64,000 nucleotides of DNA, taken from assembly GCA_017499595.2 (NCBI GenBank), contig CM039004.1, forward strand, positions 558,001 through 622,000. Reading direction: 5' to 3'. This document shows, piece by piece, positions 14,540-28,720 of the stretch; position 1 is the first letter of the stretch, and every line of letters starts with the position of its first letter. Under the pieces are notes generated by a model that did not search any database, had not been told where the DNA came from, and saw only the letters and a program-made list of their open reading frames with translations. This DNA comes from Psilocybe cubensis. Its lineage: Eukaryota. The translations under genes were made by a program, and so were the position numbers.

Positions 14540-14572
14540 TTCTCGACAATTCTCGAACGTCCACGAACGTCT
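14540..14572 (+). promoter_or_regulatory. Heat-shock element (alternating nTTCn/nGAAn array) upstream of Hsp78
   Basis: TTCtcGACaaTTCtcGAAcgTCCacGAAcgTCT with exact 5-bp periodicity, plus GAAcgTTC at 14503-14510, ~170 bp before a ClpB-family start codon. Confidence 0.65.
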
Positions 14573-14735
14573 ATAGGATAGCGTATTAGCGCCCTTCAAA
14601 CAGACCCAGACGGCCTCTAATTTTGGTCCTCCTTAACTCCGTTATACTCTTTCTTCTAATACCGTATTTTTGAACGACATTACTGAACACCGAAACATAC
14701 CACTGTCTTAACCTGAACACCTACACAATTTCGCC

Positions 14736-17700
14736 ATGTCGAGCATACTGGCACCGACGAAGTCGAAGCCTTTCTCTAAACACATCGGCAAGGCCGTGTT
14801 AACCAACACCGCGAAACGGTACTCTTCCATCTCTCGACCTCAAACATCTCAGCTTCTGTATTCACGAACTCGAACGCGACCCGGCCCTCTTCTTCTAGTT
14901 CCTTCGGCATGTGTTTCACTGCCGCGAAGTGGAGTCCTTCAAAATCTGCGGCACTACGCCATTGGTCCTGGGGGAGGGGGGCCAGGGGGAGGGGGAGGGT
15001 TTCCTGGGTTTAGCTTCGGTCAACCGCAGGCGAAGGGAGAGGCGTTGAAGGAATACGTGCGTCAGTCTCATTCAATTGAAGTGTATTTATCATACTAATT
15101 AACCGTGAACAGAGTGTGGACTTGACTCAAATGGCAAAGGACGGAAAGCTGGACCCTACCATTGGAAGAGACGAAGGTTCGTGTTGGTCTCATTGTGACT
15201 CAACACCCGAGGACTAACGCATATACTTGATACAGAAATCAGGAGAACCATTCAAAGTGAGATATACAGTCATCCATACCGTGTTTGACATCATTCTGAC
15301 GACCCGTCTTTGTTAACCTCTAGTTCTATCAAGACGAACAAAGTCTAACCCAGTGGTATGACCCCTCACTTCTTTACAGTGGTCAATGTATCTGACTTGT
15401 TTCATCTTCAGCTTATTGGTCCTCCTGGTGTTGGCAAGACGGCCATTCTCGAAGGCCTTGCGAGTCGAATTGTATCAAAAGAGGTCCCAGAAGTACGTTC
15501 TTCTTCTTGACAGACATATCACTCTTTTTAACAAGATGGATCGCATTTACAGTCGTTGCACAACAAACGCGTGCTTTCCATTGACCTCTCGGCCATAATG
15601 GCAGGATCCGGAATCCGTGGCCAGTTCGAGGAGAAATTCAAAGCGTTGCTGAGAGATATTGAAGAGGAGGGCGGCAAGGTTATTTGTTTCATCGACGAAG
15701 TTCGTGAGTAAACCTTCCCTTTTTCTTCTGTATAGATATATGCGGAATACTGATACGAAAATACAGATACGCTATTCAATCTTGGGAAAGCGGAAGGTTC
15801 TATTGATGCTGGACAGATGATCAAGCCTGCCTTGGCGAGAGGCCTTCAGCTAGTCGGTGCAACGACACGTAAGTAGCATATATCATCATCTACAACAAGA
15901 TTTAACGCCAAATGTCCAACCAGCCGATGAATACCGCAAGACAATTGGCAAAGACGCTGCTCTGGAGCGTCGCTTCCAGCCTGTCACCATTGAAGAGCCA
16001 ACCGTGGCGTCGACCATCTCAATTCTGCGCGGGTTGAAGCCGAGGTATGAGGTACACCATGGAGTCGAAATTTCCGATGGCGCTTTAGTGACAGGTTAGT
16101 CCCACTTTCTGAATATGGATAGCATATATCTCAATGTTTTCGAAAATTCTACCTAGCCGCGGTATATTCAGCACGCTACATCTCCGATCGTTTCCTTCCC
16201 GACAAAGCAATTGATCTAGTGGATGAAGCGGCGTCGTCACTGCGACTGGCACAGGAATCCAAGCCTGACGAACTCGAGGCACTTGACCGCGAGATTATGA
16301 CGCTGCAAATTGAGCTGGAGAGCTTGAAAAAAGAGACAGACGTGTTCAGTGTTGAGAGGAGAGGAAAGGTCGAAGGGGATTTGTTGGTGAAACGACAAAT
16401 GGCGGAGGAGCTGACAGGGTTATGGCAAGCTGGTGCGTTCCTTTCGTAAATCTTTCATCTAATATCGCATTAACAACTCACAAATGATCTTCTTTTACCA
16501 CAAATAGCCCGCGACAGACTACAAAAGATCAAGAACACAAAGAAACAGCTCGAAGATGCTAAATACCAGCTCGAGGTCGCTCAGCGACAAGGCCAGTTCG
16601 AGCTCGCGTCGCGACTGCGGTTCTCGACCATTCCCGAGCTGGAGAAGCAGCTGCCGACGGAGAGTGAGGCGACGGCAGCGGAGCAGGAGGAGTCGCCGTT
16701 GGCGATGCTGCACGACCGTGTGACGTCGAACGACATCTCGAGGGTTGTGGCGAAGGCGACGGGCATCCCGGTGCAGAATCTGTTGAAGGGCGAGAGAGAT
16801 AAGCTTGTTCATGTGAGTTTTAATCTTTAGATCTGTGTTCGTTGTGTATTTGTTCGGTTGCTGATGATACTCCGTCGATTGATCTAGATGGAAGAAGCGC
16901 TCCGTCAGCGAGTGGTGGGGCAGGATCATGTTGTTGAAGCGATTAGCGATGCTGTTCGTATCTCTCGTGCAGGCCTGCAGGCTCCTAATCGCCCTGTCGC
17001 ATCGTTCTTGTTCTTGGGACCTACTGGTGTTGGCAAGGTGCGTCGACCCAACTGTTACTTTGACCACATCAATCTTTATTGAAACCTGGTTGTTTAGACC
17101 GAGCTCTGCAAAGCCCTTGCATCGTTTTTGTACAATGATGAGCAGAGAGGGTTGATTACGATTAACATGTCTGAGGTGGGTTTTACTAGCTATTGACTAA
17201 GTAATATAAGGTTTAACTTTAAACTTTTTTTCATGGTTAGTATCACGACAGGCATACGATTTCTCGTCTCATCGGAGCTGCACCTGGATATGTTGGATTC
17301 GAAGAGGGTGGCCAGCTGACCGAGGCTGTTCGTCGGAAACCTTACGGTACGTCTTTCATCTGTAACTGACCCAGTATCCTGTTTTTCTGAGACTGTCGTT
17401 ATCAATTAGCTGTGGTCCTGCTCGATGAACTTGAGAAGGCGCATAAGGTACTTCAAGCTCAAATATATGCGTATTTTTTTTTCATCTGACGCTTCAATTT
17501 TTAGGACGTTGCGATGATTTTGTTACAAATTTTGGATGAGGGTACTATTACAGACAGCCAAGGGCGCAAAGTTGACTTCAAGGTACGCCTTTTCATCATT
17601 TTTTTTCTCTCTTCCACATGTTAAATTTTATCCATTCGCAGAATACTATTATTTGCTTGACAAGCAATCTCGGAAGCGACATCCTCGCCCACTCAACCGC

Positions 17701-18250
17701 AAGCGACCCCGAAACCGGCCTCGTCACCGCCTCCGCCAAAGCCGAAGTGCTCGAACGCACCCAGGAGTACTTCCCACCGGAACTACTCAACCGTCTCGAC
17801 TCGATGCTGGTATTCAACAAGCTCTCGCGGACGTCCATCCTCAAAGTCGTCGGACTGCGTCTGGACGACGTCTCCGAGCGCCTGAAACACCGCAGGATCA
17901 CACTCGACGTCGACGACCAGGCGCGCGAGTGGCTCGCTGCACATGGATATTCGGAGATGTATGGTGCGAGAGCGATCGCGCGTGTGGTGCGCACGGATGT
18001 GCTGTTCCCGTTGGCGCAGAAATTGTTGAGGGGTACGATCAGGTATGTTTCGTTTGTTTCTGTGAATTATTACGTCTTTTTTTTTGCTTACTTGCGATGT
18101 ACTAGGGATGGCGATACTGTTCAGATTCGTGTTTCCGGGGATGCTTTGGATATCAAGGAGAACCATCCTCCTGACCCGACCTTGGCTCGCCCTGATTCCG
18201 AAGTCAACCCTGACGAGAACCCCCCATTGGAATCCGACGAGCACCACTAA
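14736..18250 (+). CDS. HSP78: Mitochondrial ClpB-family disaggregase Hsp78
   Basis: Basic N-terminal presequence with no Clp-N domain; [83 protein letters not shown]. Confidence 0.93.
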
Positions 18251-18718
18251 ATCTAAAATCGTAACACTCATCCACCCAACATCTGATATTTTGTCTATTT
18301 TCATTTAGCATTTACTCTCACAACCACCACTCCCAACAACACCACCACCCACCACTGCATTATTTTTTTCATGGAACCCCAATGTATTTTATGATGTATC
18401 AATTAACCAAATAGTCGTATTCATATCAAACTCTACTTTAGTAGTACAAAATCTACCATATAGACCTAGATATAACATAACACACAAAAAAACATAACAA
18501 CTTAAAGTTAAAAACAAGTATTGTATATCTTGGATACAACAAACAATGACCTGTATAATCATAGCACATAATTTACGAGATTAAAGAAAAAGCGAAGCAA
18601 AGATTGTTCATATACTCTTCGAATTCTACTCTGAGCAGCGAGAATGGTGCATCGGATGATGATGTATGCATGTATGTTTTCTATGATGATGATGCGTTGA
18701 TATTCTGAAAAAAAAACT

Positions 18719-21700
18719 TCAAGGGTCTGCGTGGCTTTTCTGACGTGGTTTGTGTGGTCGTCGCCGGGGTGTGTGCGTAGACCCTGCGCCCTCAGAACCT
18801 TGCGGAGGCGCACTGGACGACCCCGCTTCCGGTTTACCAGACGTCGGCGTCAACGCAGATGCACCCCCAGCAGCAGCAGCGTCCGATTTCGGCTTCGGTG
18901 GTCCCCTAGGCTTCGGCTTCCTAGACTTCTTACTACCGCTCGCGTTGCCATTAGCATTCGCATTACTCTGAAACTGCGCAAGCGCCAACGCCTCTCTCTC
19001 CTGCTCCGCGCGCACACGCTGCTCCTCGGCCGTCCACCACATCATAAAGTCCGCCTCGGCCTGGAGCTCGCGCTCCTCGTCCTGAATCTCGCGCAGCGTG
19101 CGTTTATCTCGCACCGGTGTAGCTTCAAGCTGGGAATTTTGGATGGCGAGGAATGAGACGCCTTTGGTAGGCGCGGAAGGTGAAGATGTGGTTGTGGTTG
19201 TGGATGTGGATGTGGAGGTGGGAGGTGGGCCGAATGGTTGGGACTGTGACCATGCTTTGCCGCCACTAACATTCACAAACGCGCTGGTCAGTCAAAAAAG
19301 GGACAAAAACGAGTCAAAAGAAGAAGAGAAAAAAAAAACATACACAGCATTCCGATGCGTCGACAAGCTGACTTTGGACGACGACGTTTGTCTCGTTGGC
19401 GTGATAACAGGACCCAATCCAGGCGTCTGCGCGGGGCGCGCAGGGGTCAGGGGCGCACCACCCTGCTGCACCTTCGACGCGCTCGACGGGACTGTAACTA
19501 CACCTGCACCAGCCCCCAAACGTGCGTTCGCCATCCCATCCTTCGGCGAGCCGCTAGCGAACACGGACGTAGACGGCGGTGTCGACGGCAGCCCACGCGG
19601 AGCAGCGTTCGGGTCGGCGTTGATGCGCCAAGTAAGGGGCGGACCAGAGCCAGAGGGTTGTCTCGTCATTGCCTGCTTTGACGGCGTGGTCAATCCGGGA
19701 CCAGACGAACCCGCTTGTGAAGGTTTGTTGGTGGTAGCTGGGCGCGATGAGCTAGTGGCGCTCTGACTCTGGCTCGCAGCTTCCGCCATGACAGCTTTCA
19801 TATCAACCCTGCACAGAAAATATCAAGATCAGTGCAAATTAAAAGGCTGTATACAAATTGCACACCTCGGTGCACCAGCAGCCTTCCATACCGCCGGAGA
19901 CTTTCCAGCAGCAGGAGACGTCATAGGCATCGCCAATTTATTCCCGCTCTCCTGAATCGTCGGGTATGCGGCACTGTCACTATGATCATCCATCGCGAAA
20001 ATATCGTCGCCCGACGGCGGACGTCGCAGAGTCTGACGCGGAGTGAATTCGGCCGCCGTCTTCGACAAGGACGATGTCGATGACGCAGCAGTGCTGTTCT
20101 TTCCCAACACACTCCACGTTCTAGACTGAGTAGCAGACGACGCCGCACCCTTTGCCTGACTCTGCGGTGCCGCCTTGGAGAAATCGCGCTTCAGCGGCTT
20201 CACCGCAGACGCCGCCCTCACAAAGCCCGCTACATCTGGCACATCCTCATTCTCCAACCACACTTTATACTTCTCCAGAAGCCCCTCCACAAACTCTCCT
20301 CCACGCGCAAACGGCGTCTTCTCGACTTGACGCGCGCGCACAAAGTGGGCGAGCTGCTTGACGAGCGCGTGTGGCAGGTCGTCGAGGATGCGGTTGTCGA
20401 TGAGGAAGGACTCCATGTTGACCGCGATGTATTCGTGCAGGGAAGCGATGAGCGGTTGTACGTGGTAGTGCGAGGCGTCGGCGAGGATATAGCATGCGTT
20501 GCTTATGTTGGTGTGTGCGAGGATGACGGAGGAGCAGAGCAAGACGAGGCGGTCGAGGAGGAGTTCGTTCTATTGGTTAAAAAAAGTTAGAAATTAATGT
20601 TCTGTTTGATGTCCATCGAAGGACTTTGACGTACTGCTGCAGCAAGAACCTGGAACATGAACTGCACAAGCTCCTCCACCGAATTGACAAAATCTATCAA
20701 CGAACACAACGTAAAATTGTCAATACCAATCCAACTCGAAAAATTCCAAAAAAAAAAAAACGACATACCAAGCACCCAAAACATCTCCTCATCCTGCCCA
20801 CAACACATATACCCCGTCACAAACCTGACCACATCCCAACTCATATGCCGCATATCCACACGCACGATCCCGTCCTCGCCCCACCGATTGCGCGTCCAAT
20901 CCTCCAGCCCAAAGAAACTCTCAAAGAGAGGGGAGCGTGCGCGCAGGATAAACGAGTGGCACCGCACTTCCCGGTCGGCGAGTTGGAGGATGACGTCTGG
21001 GCGCAGCGCCGTCTTGGATGAGGAGGAAGGGTCCACCTGGACGGCATCAAACAACCTCTTCATATCCCTCGCCAGCGTGCCTGCCGGCTCCCTTTTCACA
21101 GGCGCCTCCAACGCCGCGCTCAGCGCAGGCAGATCCAGCATCTTCGCCAGGAGCTGCAGCTCCTGCCTCACCCTCGTCGGGTTCACTGTCGCACTCGTGT
21201 TCCCATCTACCTTGGAATTGACATTCGCATTGGCACTTTTACCTCCCCTTTTCACGCCCCCCTTTGCACTCTCACCTCCAGTGGTAGCACCACTCTTACC
21301 AGCCGCACCGGCGCTCAACAACGCCCACACCCGCTGCACCTCCTCCGCGCCTCCAATCCTCCGATCCCATACCGCCAGCACCTCATCCGCATATAGATAA
21401 TGCAGCAGAACGATCACCGTCAGCGGGTGATGGCACCCCTTCACTTCAAGACGCATGATACGCGACACAGCTTGTCCGACGCCCGGGCTCGGGTTTGAGT
21501 TCGAGTTGGAGCTTGAATTCGGGTTTGGCACGCGCAGCGAAGGCAACAGCTTAACGCTCGCCCATACGCCCTGCCTCCCATCCGCCTCGCTTATGCTGTC
21601 CCCTGGAACCTCGCCCTGGAGGAGTGCCTGCAGCACCCCAGAGCGCGCGGCGAGCAGAACGCTATGCACGGGGAACGCGAACGAATGGACGTGTACCACC

Positions 21701-24700
21701 GCGTCGCCACCGTACGGCAGCTTTCCGGATTTTAAGTGAGAGTGTAGGTCGAATGTGGCGTGGGGGGAGTTTGGTCCTTGACCTTGGCCCTGAGTTTGAC
21801 TGGCAGATACACGCTGCTGCTTCTGCTGTTGGCGAAGCAGCACATCGCACAGCTCAAGCACCCGCGTAACATCTCCTTCAATACCTACACCCCCTTCCTC
21901 CTGCTCATCCGCATCCAGAGCGTCCCCCTTCATCTTCACTTCATTCCCCTTCCCCTTCGCGTTCGCCTTATCCCTACCCTCCAAATCCTTCCCATCTCCA
22001 TCATCATCATCACCCCCACCACCCTCCTGCACACCCTCACCACCCACCACCTTCCCAGCCTCCTCCTCATCCCACATCGAAACAACAAAAGGCCTCACCC
22101 TCCGAATCTCCTCCCCAAAGCTCCTGCCATCCGCATGGGCATCCACGCCGCGCGGCCGGTACTCAACACGGAGGGCGCCGAACGCGCCTGACGCATTCGC
22201 GCACACTTTCACGACGCGCTGGAGGAACGGCACGCGGGTGAACTTGAACGCTTTGCCCCCTGCTCCTCCACTGCCACCTCCTGAGGAAAAGGAAGGGGTG
22301 GTGTACAGAGAAGGCGAGGAAGAAGGCGAAGAAGTGATTGATATACCCGTAGGCACGTTTCGCGTGCGCACGAAGACGTGTCCTGACTCCGTGCAGATGA
22401 TAATCGAGCCGTCCGCACCGAGTGCAACGTCCTGTTAAAAATTGAAGGGTAAAAAGACAGTCAAAGTGAGTACAAAATAGAAAAGGACAGATAAAAAGTA
22501 GAGAATAACTCCAACTCAATAAAGAAAATAACAAAAAAATACTAAGACACGTACTTTGACAGCACTAAATTTCCTCCTAAGCGCCCATACCCTCTGCGGC
22601 CTAAACACACTGCTCCCCGCCCTCCCTCCTCCTCCTCCCCCGCTTTCCCCGCTTACAGTGGCCCCATCACCCGACGGCGCCGAAAACGTAAACACCTCCC
22701 CATTCGACGAGAGCGCGGCAAACATGTCTTCACAACCCGTCACCTTTGAGATCCACGAGTCGCGGATGGAATGAGGTGGGCGGTAGGGTTCGATGCCCGA
22801 GGGGAAAGCGTGTGTTGGGAAGCTGTTGTGTGTGTGTGTGCACGTGTGGTTAGGGGTTAGGGGTTGTGTGATTGTGCGGTTGTGGGTTTTGTTTGAGTGA
22901 GGTCAATGTGAGTGAAAAGGGACGGTAAGTGAATAAATGAGCGGTGTAGTCCCAATACATAATACTGGGGGAAAAAGACGTACCTTATACGATAATGCCT
23001 ATCGTTCCATATACACTCCACATGGTGCGTTACAAGCAGCGCAACGAGCACGGTGTCCTACACCACAAAAAGCAAGGTCACATCAGGATCCACATCCACA
23101 ATCTCCCATTAAAAGACCACCAAGAAGAAAAAAACAAGAAAAAGCATAGAGTAAAAATATTTTTTCGAGAGGTGAAGATTTTAAAACTTTTTTAAAATAA
23201 TAATAATAATAACGAAACGAAACGAAAATGCAGAAACAAAAACGAAGAAAGTGAACGTACACTCATAGCAAGCCCAACAACCGGCGCCGAAAGCCTGGTA
23301 ACTTGCTTCGGTAGAACCTGCACAGGCTGGGCATGGCGATCATACCCCAGCTGGCCCGTGTTCGTGCCCCACGTATACACCACCCCTCCTCCTCCTCCTC
23401 CTGCTGCTGTGCTTTCCTGCCCACCACCGACAGAAGAAAGCCTAGTCCAACAAGCACTGGCGTTCCGGGAGGCTGCAACGCCCGCTACAACTTCACGCCT
23501 GAGCACACCCACCACGCGCTTCGGCACGCTCTGGATCTGCTCTTCGTCCTGTCCATATCCATATCCTCTCGAGCCTGCACCCGCATTCGCATTCGCAGCC
23601 GAGGACGACGACGGCGTGTACGTGTAGGAGGAAGTGGACGAAGAATTAGACGACGACTCTACAATGTACCCGAGCTGCGCGAAGCGGTTCAGGCCCCAGG
23701 AGTACACGTCGCCGGAGGTTGTGAGTGCGAGCGTGTGGTCTTGGCCTACTGCAACGCTTGCGATTTGGATCTGGATCTGCGGGTGCGATCCGTGCGTGTG
23801 CGCGGAGGGCAGCGTAGGGGTAGGCGTGGTGCCAGGCGTAGGTGTAGTTCCAGGGGAAATTGTCGACGACGCAAACGACGAGGAAGACACCGACGATCCA
23901 GAGAAAGCCGCCGGCGCAGATCCAGGCAGAGGCGCAGAGAGCGCCGGGAGCGGCTTTAGCGCATACTGCATGTGCTGCGACGCGCCGAGCCTCCCGCCGC
24001 TCCCGAACCCACACACTCGCACATTCCCCTCGCTCTCGCCTGTGACGACGACCGTGTGCAGCTTCGACATGCACACCTGGCGCACGGGGATCGGCGCGAA
24101 GCGCACGGAGAGCGGTGCGTGGGCGGGGGGCGCGATGGCTGGCTTGATGAGTACGCGGTCGGGGTGGACGCGGTCATCGGCGTCTGCGAGGCCCAATGCT
24201 GCGTTTCTGTGTTGTATGGTTAGATATATGCGCGGTTATATCGTCAGAAAAATCTGTATAATTTGTGCAAATGATAACAGACGCAACTTGTTCGCGCCCC
24301 ATGTGTACAGCTCGGCGTCGCGCTGTGCGGGATCGGGTTTCGTCCCGTTCACAGTCGAGTTGTACAGATCAATGGCGGTATATCCTTCCGCGTCCTTGAC
24401 ACCCGCATCAATATCGGATCGCTGCAACAGCAAAAGCCTACAATGAAAAACCCCAGATAAAAAAAACATGACGTCAGCACCGTGCACATATCGGTAGCAT
24501 ATATTGCCAGCGAAATCGCAAATAAACCGCATATTATATCGAAGGAAAAAAAACGTACGCTACTGGCAGATTCGCGGTGTACAGCGCACGATGGAGAGGC
24601 GTCCACATGCTCTCTGTGTCCGCGAGGTTGACGTCGATGCTCGGGTGCTTGAGAAGTGATCTGGCGTACTCGACGCTGCTGCTCTCCGGCGACGCGCAGA

Positions 24701-25004
24701 CGAGGTGCAGGACCGTGCGGCCGAGCCAGTCGCGTGCGTTGACGTTCACTTCTATGTTGCCGCTGTTGTTGTTGTTGTTATTGTTATTGCTGCTGCCGCC
24801 ACTACCATGCATCACACTGTTTCCCTTGGCTGACCGACCAGGCGTCCAGCTTGACCCCGGAGAAGAGGACGGCGCAGCGTTGCTGCCAGAGTTGTAGTGG
24901 GAACCGCGGTCATAGCTGCTGCTGTTGACTCCGGCGCTGCCATCGAGCAAGCGCTGGAAAGCCTGCAAGTTCCGAGTGTGAAAGTAGTCATGGAGCAAGG
25001 TCAT
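18719..25004 (-). CDS. Ankyrin repeat + RCC1 repeats + tandem BTB/POZ domain protein (IBTK / S. pombe Btb1-like)
   Basis: DWLGRTVLHL and SMWTPLHRA (ankyrin); LYTWGAN, GFGSGGRLG, DHTLALT..GDVYSWGLNRFAQLG (RCC1); FPVHSVLLAARS and CHSFILRARSPLF (two BTB domains); C-terminal TLREIQDEE..EADFMMWW. Confidence 0.88.
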
Positions 25005-26175
25005 GCAGATGTTGCAGGGGGGTTAGAGAAACGCAGACGGGACGTCGCTGCGATCCTCGGGGGTTTTTGTTCTCCTTTGCTGTTGGCGACGCAAAGGATC
25101 CTTGAAAATGGATGTCGAGCTGTCCTGCTGTCGGTGTAGATGTATGCGTTCGTTTGTTCGGGTCTTCAAGTCGACCCTCGAAAATTTAACTTTGTGGATG
25201 TGAAAAGCTCCTTGAGATATCAGATATGAGCTGTAGATCGACCTGGTGCAGCTGTATCGGTGATATGTGCTGGCGCTGAGAGAGGGCACTGGGAGCGAGA
25301 GCGGGAGATAAGAACTGGACAAAGTTGACGGTCACGATCCGAGGTCTCACTGAAAGCCTTCGCTAATCCGCTTCGCCTTGACTCGTTCGCTGACGCACGT
25401 GCCTCGTCTATATTTGGCCGCATACGGGGTCCGTCCCGGGCGCGCTAATTCTGCCCTTCCTCACTCTTCATCCCACAAGGTATCGCTGAAATATCGCTGA
25501 TCACTGCACTGTCATCTGGCGTGGCGGATACGATAGGATGAAAAGCGGATGAGTATCCGCATATCGGTGCGGTTCGATGCGACGTTGCGACGTTGATAGC
25601 TGGCAAATTAAAGGTGAAGTGCGGTAAGCTACACTACAACTGATTATCTCGGTGATACCTATAGCGATTCTGTACTTTCTTGAAGTTTATCAGGCTCTTT
25701 TAGCGGCTTAGAAAAATATCTGCCAGCTAAGCTTAGGATCGCGATTCATACTCACTATCGATGCACCGGCGCTTCTTGGCCCAGCCCATTGCCTGGCACG
25801 TTTGTCCATAAAGGAGCCTTAGGAGTCGGTCGGTATCCAGTATTCCAGCTAAATAGCATGGTAGGTATGTACAAATTTCCACGATTGGACTGGATACCAT
25901 GATCCATATCCATCTATTCAAAATACACCTCATCCGAGTCATCTCATCTCCCACCACGACCATCCCATTGACAATGTCAAAGCCAAGCCAAGCCAGCCAA
26001 CCAATCTTCGTTACAGTATGCAACGGTACCCTCCCAACCCTTCATGTCTCTGAGTTAGCCATTTCATGACGCGCAGGGCCAGGGGACCGTTTTTGCAGGA
26101 CACTCAGAAGTGTATTGGCTGGCATTGGCGTTGGCGGCAGCGTCGGGATCATCCGCCACCTATCTGCTCCCAACC

Positions 26176-26249
26176 GGTTCGATGGCGTAGTTGGTCATCG
26201 CATCTGTCTAACACACAGAAGGTCCTCAGTTCGAGCCTGGGTCGAATCA
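26176..26249 (+). tRNA. tRNA-Val(AAC), intronless
   Basis: GGTTCGA/TCGAATC acceptor stem, TCTGT-CTAACAC-ACAGA anticodon arm, TTCGAG T-loop, downstream T tract. Confidence 0.97.
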
Positions 26250-26579
26250 TCTTTTGCTTCCTCCGCGGCTTTGTTATGGTTTTTAACTGATTTTCCGATG
26301 GGTGATATGTTTTCCACCTTTACCCGAGCGGCTAATTGGTAAAAGCTAGCGCTAATGGTCAATCTTTGACTCTCTCCGCTCCTATGCCCTCGTATATCGC
26401 TCACCATACCTTACTCTACGGAGTCCTATCCTTTTCCTGGTAACAGTTCCCTCGTACTACACCGTACAGACAGAACGAAACTAGATTCCCTTACGCCTTC
26501 CATCACCTGTCCGCACCCGGCCCCATCCCGCTTTCAACCCCCCGCTCCGAGCCGGCACCGGAGCACACCCACCCAAACC

Positions 26580-26653
26580 GGTTCGATGGCGTAGTTGGTT
26601 ATCGCATCTGTCTAACACACAGAAGGTCCTCAGTTCGAGCCTGGGTCGAATCA
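26580..26653 (+). tRNA. tRNA-Val(AAC)
   Basis: Identical to 26176 copy except one C>T in the D-loop; T-run terminator. Confidence 0.97.
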
Positions 26654-27291
26654 TACTTTTTGTTTTGAGTTCTTTTGGTTGCTCTCCTTTTTGATTTTTT
26701 CGGGGTTGCTTTTGGACCTTGGTTGACTGAGCGTCTTTGATTAATTTCTGTCGGGGGTCGCTTTGGTTGAGTGAGTCTCTTGGTTCTTTTGTTCTTTTGT
26801 ACTGGTGTGCTGGGTACTGGGTGCTTGATCCCTTTGGTTGTACATTGTAGTGGCTTTTTGTGCCTTTACATGGGCGTTCCGCCTATGCTTCTGCAGACTT
26901 TTGCGCTGTGCAAAGTTAGTAGATCAAAGTCCGTCTGAGCACATTTTGAACGTCTTTCAACGGGTTCAAGCACCCAGCCACAATCACCGAGAATTATTGG
27001 ACAATGAACGTTGAAGAGTAAAATGAACACCCTCAAAATGCCCTCCGACTCCCCCTCTCTCTCTGCTCGGTTCTCCATCAACTTAAGCAAAGTCAATAAA
27101 TTAAACCCCAGACCGCTTCGCTTTTCTGTGATCTTCAATCCAACTTGCATTATCTACCCACAGCTGGGACCTTCCGTCCCCCCATCTTCAACCCACTCCC
27201 CCATCATCCATTTACCTCCGCCTCGCCCGCTCACGAATACGAACCCCCGAGCGCCCGAGCCTGGCCCCACACACACCCACACCTCCAAATC

Positions 27292-27365
27292 GGTTCGATG
27301 GCGTAGTTGGTCATCGCATCTGTCTAACACACAGAAGGTCCTCAGTTCGAGCCTGGGTCGAATCA
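27292..27365 (+). tRNA. tRNA-Val(AAC)
   Basis: Identical to 26176 copy; T6 terminator. Confidence 0.97.
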
Positions 27366-28023
27366 CTTTTTGATTTCTTTTAGCCCTTTTACGGGGTTCT
27401 GTGGTCGGTTGGTAACCTTTGACTGGCCGTTTGGACACTCGTCTTTCGAGTCTCGGGGGACTGGATTAACATTCTTTCGTCTTTTGGCTATTGGGGTTTT
27501 TGACTCTTTGTTTCTTTGTGTTTTGATAGCTTGGACTTGTTGCTTTTCACTCTAGCCAGGGCTGATCATTTCTCGAATTTCTCTTTCGCTTCTCAAGATC
27601 TCAATGCTCATACGCGCCTTTCTTTTCTCCATAATCCAAAATAGCGCTTACTGAGCGCCCGGGTGAAATCTTAAATCGACTCCCCAAGTTGCCAACTCTC
27701 CCGAGTCCTACATATCTTTGCCAATCGTTACGATTCGACGGTCCTAACAGAGACAAGAACACAATTCCGCCTTTTAATTCCATCAAAGGGGCAGACGAAA
27801 CGCATGCCAGTGTCCTCCGAATTAAAAAAAATTGTATCGATCGGACGCTCAATTGAAAAGTACGAAAATAGGTTGTTTGTACATACATTAGCCTCTTGAC
27901 AGAAAACACTGAAAGAAAACACTGACAGTAATATGGGTACCAGTACTATTTCTCGCACAAGGAAGTTCACCAGGACCGGCAGTAGCGAAACAAAGAAAGA
28001 AAAGAATCGAAAAGGCTAAAAAG

Positions 28024-28097
28024 TGATTCGACCCAGGCTCGAACTGAGGACCTTCTGTGTGTTAGACAGATGCGATAACCAACTACGCCATCGAACC
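28024..28097 (-). tRNA. tRNA-Val(AAC)
   Basis: Reverse complement identical to 26580 copy. Confidence 0.97.
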
Positions 28098-28720
28098 GAT
28101 GGAGTTATGTTATCTGATTACCTCCAGATCATAACCACCTCAAGCAGCTCACTCCTCAGATCAGGAGCATCAGAATCGACGTCAACGCTGACGCCCATGC
28201 ACAGCGATCGTTCACACAAGACTGCGCAACTATATCAGTAATGTTATCGCTGAAAGCATGGTTCCGCAGGCCGGAATGAATGAATGTTTTTGGGTATTTC
28301 AGATAATAAGATTATATATACATAATGACTTTTTAGCTGCGTATGTATCACCTGGGTGCGGGGGGGGAAGTGAAGAGAGAGGGAGTGTGTAGGAAAAACG
28401 ACGTTCAGCAAACGAAACTGAAAAAAGAGAAAGAAAAATCTACCTAAGTGACTAGCTAATAATTAAAAAATACAGATGTGAACGTGTAAAGCGTAAAGCG
28501 TCGTACGTGCAAAGAGGGAGGTGGTGGAGGGAGGGGGAAGGAAATATTACCCAGGTCCTTGATACATAATAGTATGCCGAGAAACGAATATAAAAAGTCA
28601 TCACAGAACGGACTGCAACGCCAAAAAAAAAATGCAAGACCAACACTAACACCAATCACGATAAAAGCAAATGATTTAGGGAACGAGGAAGCATTAACTG
28701 TCCACCGTTCACCACCTGCC

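Noticed and set aside
18731-24897. Many long plus-strand ORFs
   Set aside because: Antisense shadows of the GC-rich ankyrin-RCC1-BTB gene.
26176-28097. CRISPR-like or SINE interpretation of the 74-bp repeats
   Set aside because: They are complete cloverleaf tRNA genes with Pol III terminators in a eukaryote.
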